Positions 63,010 through 64,000 of a DNA stretch of 64,000 bases are shown here, in pieces; the stretch's first letter is position 1; each line of letters begins with the position of its first letter. Position numbers and translations under genes: made by a program. Origin of the DNA: Podarcis melisellensis (taxonomy: Eukaryota); the NCBI GenBank assembly GCA_964234715.1, contig OZ174276.1; one strand, 5' to 3'. Below the pieces are notes generated by a model that was not told where the DNA came from, did no database searches, and saw only the letters and a program-made list of their open reading frames with translations.

Positions 63010-64000
63010 CTGCAATCAGAAACAGACAAAAGCACAATGAGCACAGCGAGCAACAAGTACATTTTCAGCATTGTGCCATTGTAACAAAGTTCAACAAAAT
63101 TAGCCACACAAATCAGCCAGCCCCTTTATTGCATCAAATGAAAATGGATGAGGATTAACCACAGACATTCCCAGGCCAGGCTGTGGCAGTGGAAACGAGG
63201 CAGAGAGGAGCAAAGACACAGATGGTAACTAAAGCAGGGGGAGAGCTGAGAGTTGTTTGGAGACAGCCATCTTTTTTAAGGCATCTTAGAGGGAGGTGAG
63301 TGGCCTGGCGGTAAAGTGCAGCCTGTCCAGTATCCAAACACATTGGGTGAGAAGCTCAAGAGACAGAGCCTTGCACATTAATCCTAGACGCATTTGGGGA
63401 GCTTGGTTTCAGTGGAGTTGACTTCCAGCTAAAGTGATCAGTCGGGGAGGAAGGATCTAGTTATGGAGAGGGCCACCAGTGAGATTAATGTCCAGAGGAG
63501 ACCCGCTAATAAAACTGAGAGTCTGAGTCTCATTGTATCACATGGGTGTCAGCAGCACATACAAAATCAGCAAGAAGGATAAATTGCTCCATTCTGTCAC
63601 ACATTCTTTTCAACAATGAGCTCTCCTTCCTTCATCCATTGGCAAAATCTCTTTCTCGATATAAGAGAGTGAGCAGAATGCTCCAGTAAATTCTGATACT
63701 CTCCACCAGTGCCTGCTCTGTGTTCTGAACCACATATGTTTGGAGGACATATTTGTTTCTTCAGATTGCAGTTCCATCGAGATAAAAAAAAGAGGGTCGC
63801 CTCCTCCACCATATCTTAACGCCCTCCAGTGATAAACATGCTGTTAGGATTGAATCACAACTCTGTATTTGTCCTACAGGAATAAATGGCAGCAAGGAAA
63901 AGGTAGGGGCAAAACCTGCTCCTTGAACTCCACTCCCCAACTGGCAGTCCAGCCTTTTCCTATCTGCATAGTCTCATCATGGAGCCTTTTCCCCCTCTCC

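Overview
Vertebrate genomic DNA, most likely from a squamate and probably a lacertid lizard (inferred from Sauria-type and tRNA-Ile/CR1-tailed SINEs). It holds two convergent spliced genes. MAP2K4 (MKK4/SEK1) is on the + strand: a 33-nt cassette microexon plus coding exons 2-11, stop at 35851, with exon 1 upstream of the window. MYOCD (myocardin) is on the - strand: coding exons 3-10 and 12-14 in human numbering, stop at 43678, with exons 1-2 beyond the right edge. Every exon was read by hand; all have AG/GT boundaries and splice in frame. Introns contain hAT and Tc1/mariner MITEs, SINEs, LINE fragments and microsatellites. The most notable observations are: (1) two Penelope-like element remnants carrying minimal hammerhead-ribozyme motifs, one forming a near-perfect 103-bp inverted repeat inside a (TA)n tract; (2) a myocardin N-terminus with an intact MRTF-like RPEL2 and spacer, suggesting G-actin regulation largely lost in mammalian myocardin; (3) a tight tail-to-tail MAP2K4/MYOCD arrangement; (4) a recursive-splice-like start to MAP2K4 exon 2. 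Comparisons with human or mouse sequences and repeat family names come from recall, not from database searches. Most ORFs in the supplied track are spurious.
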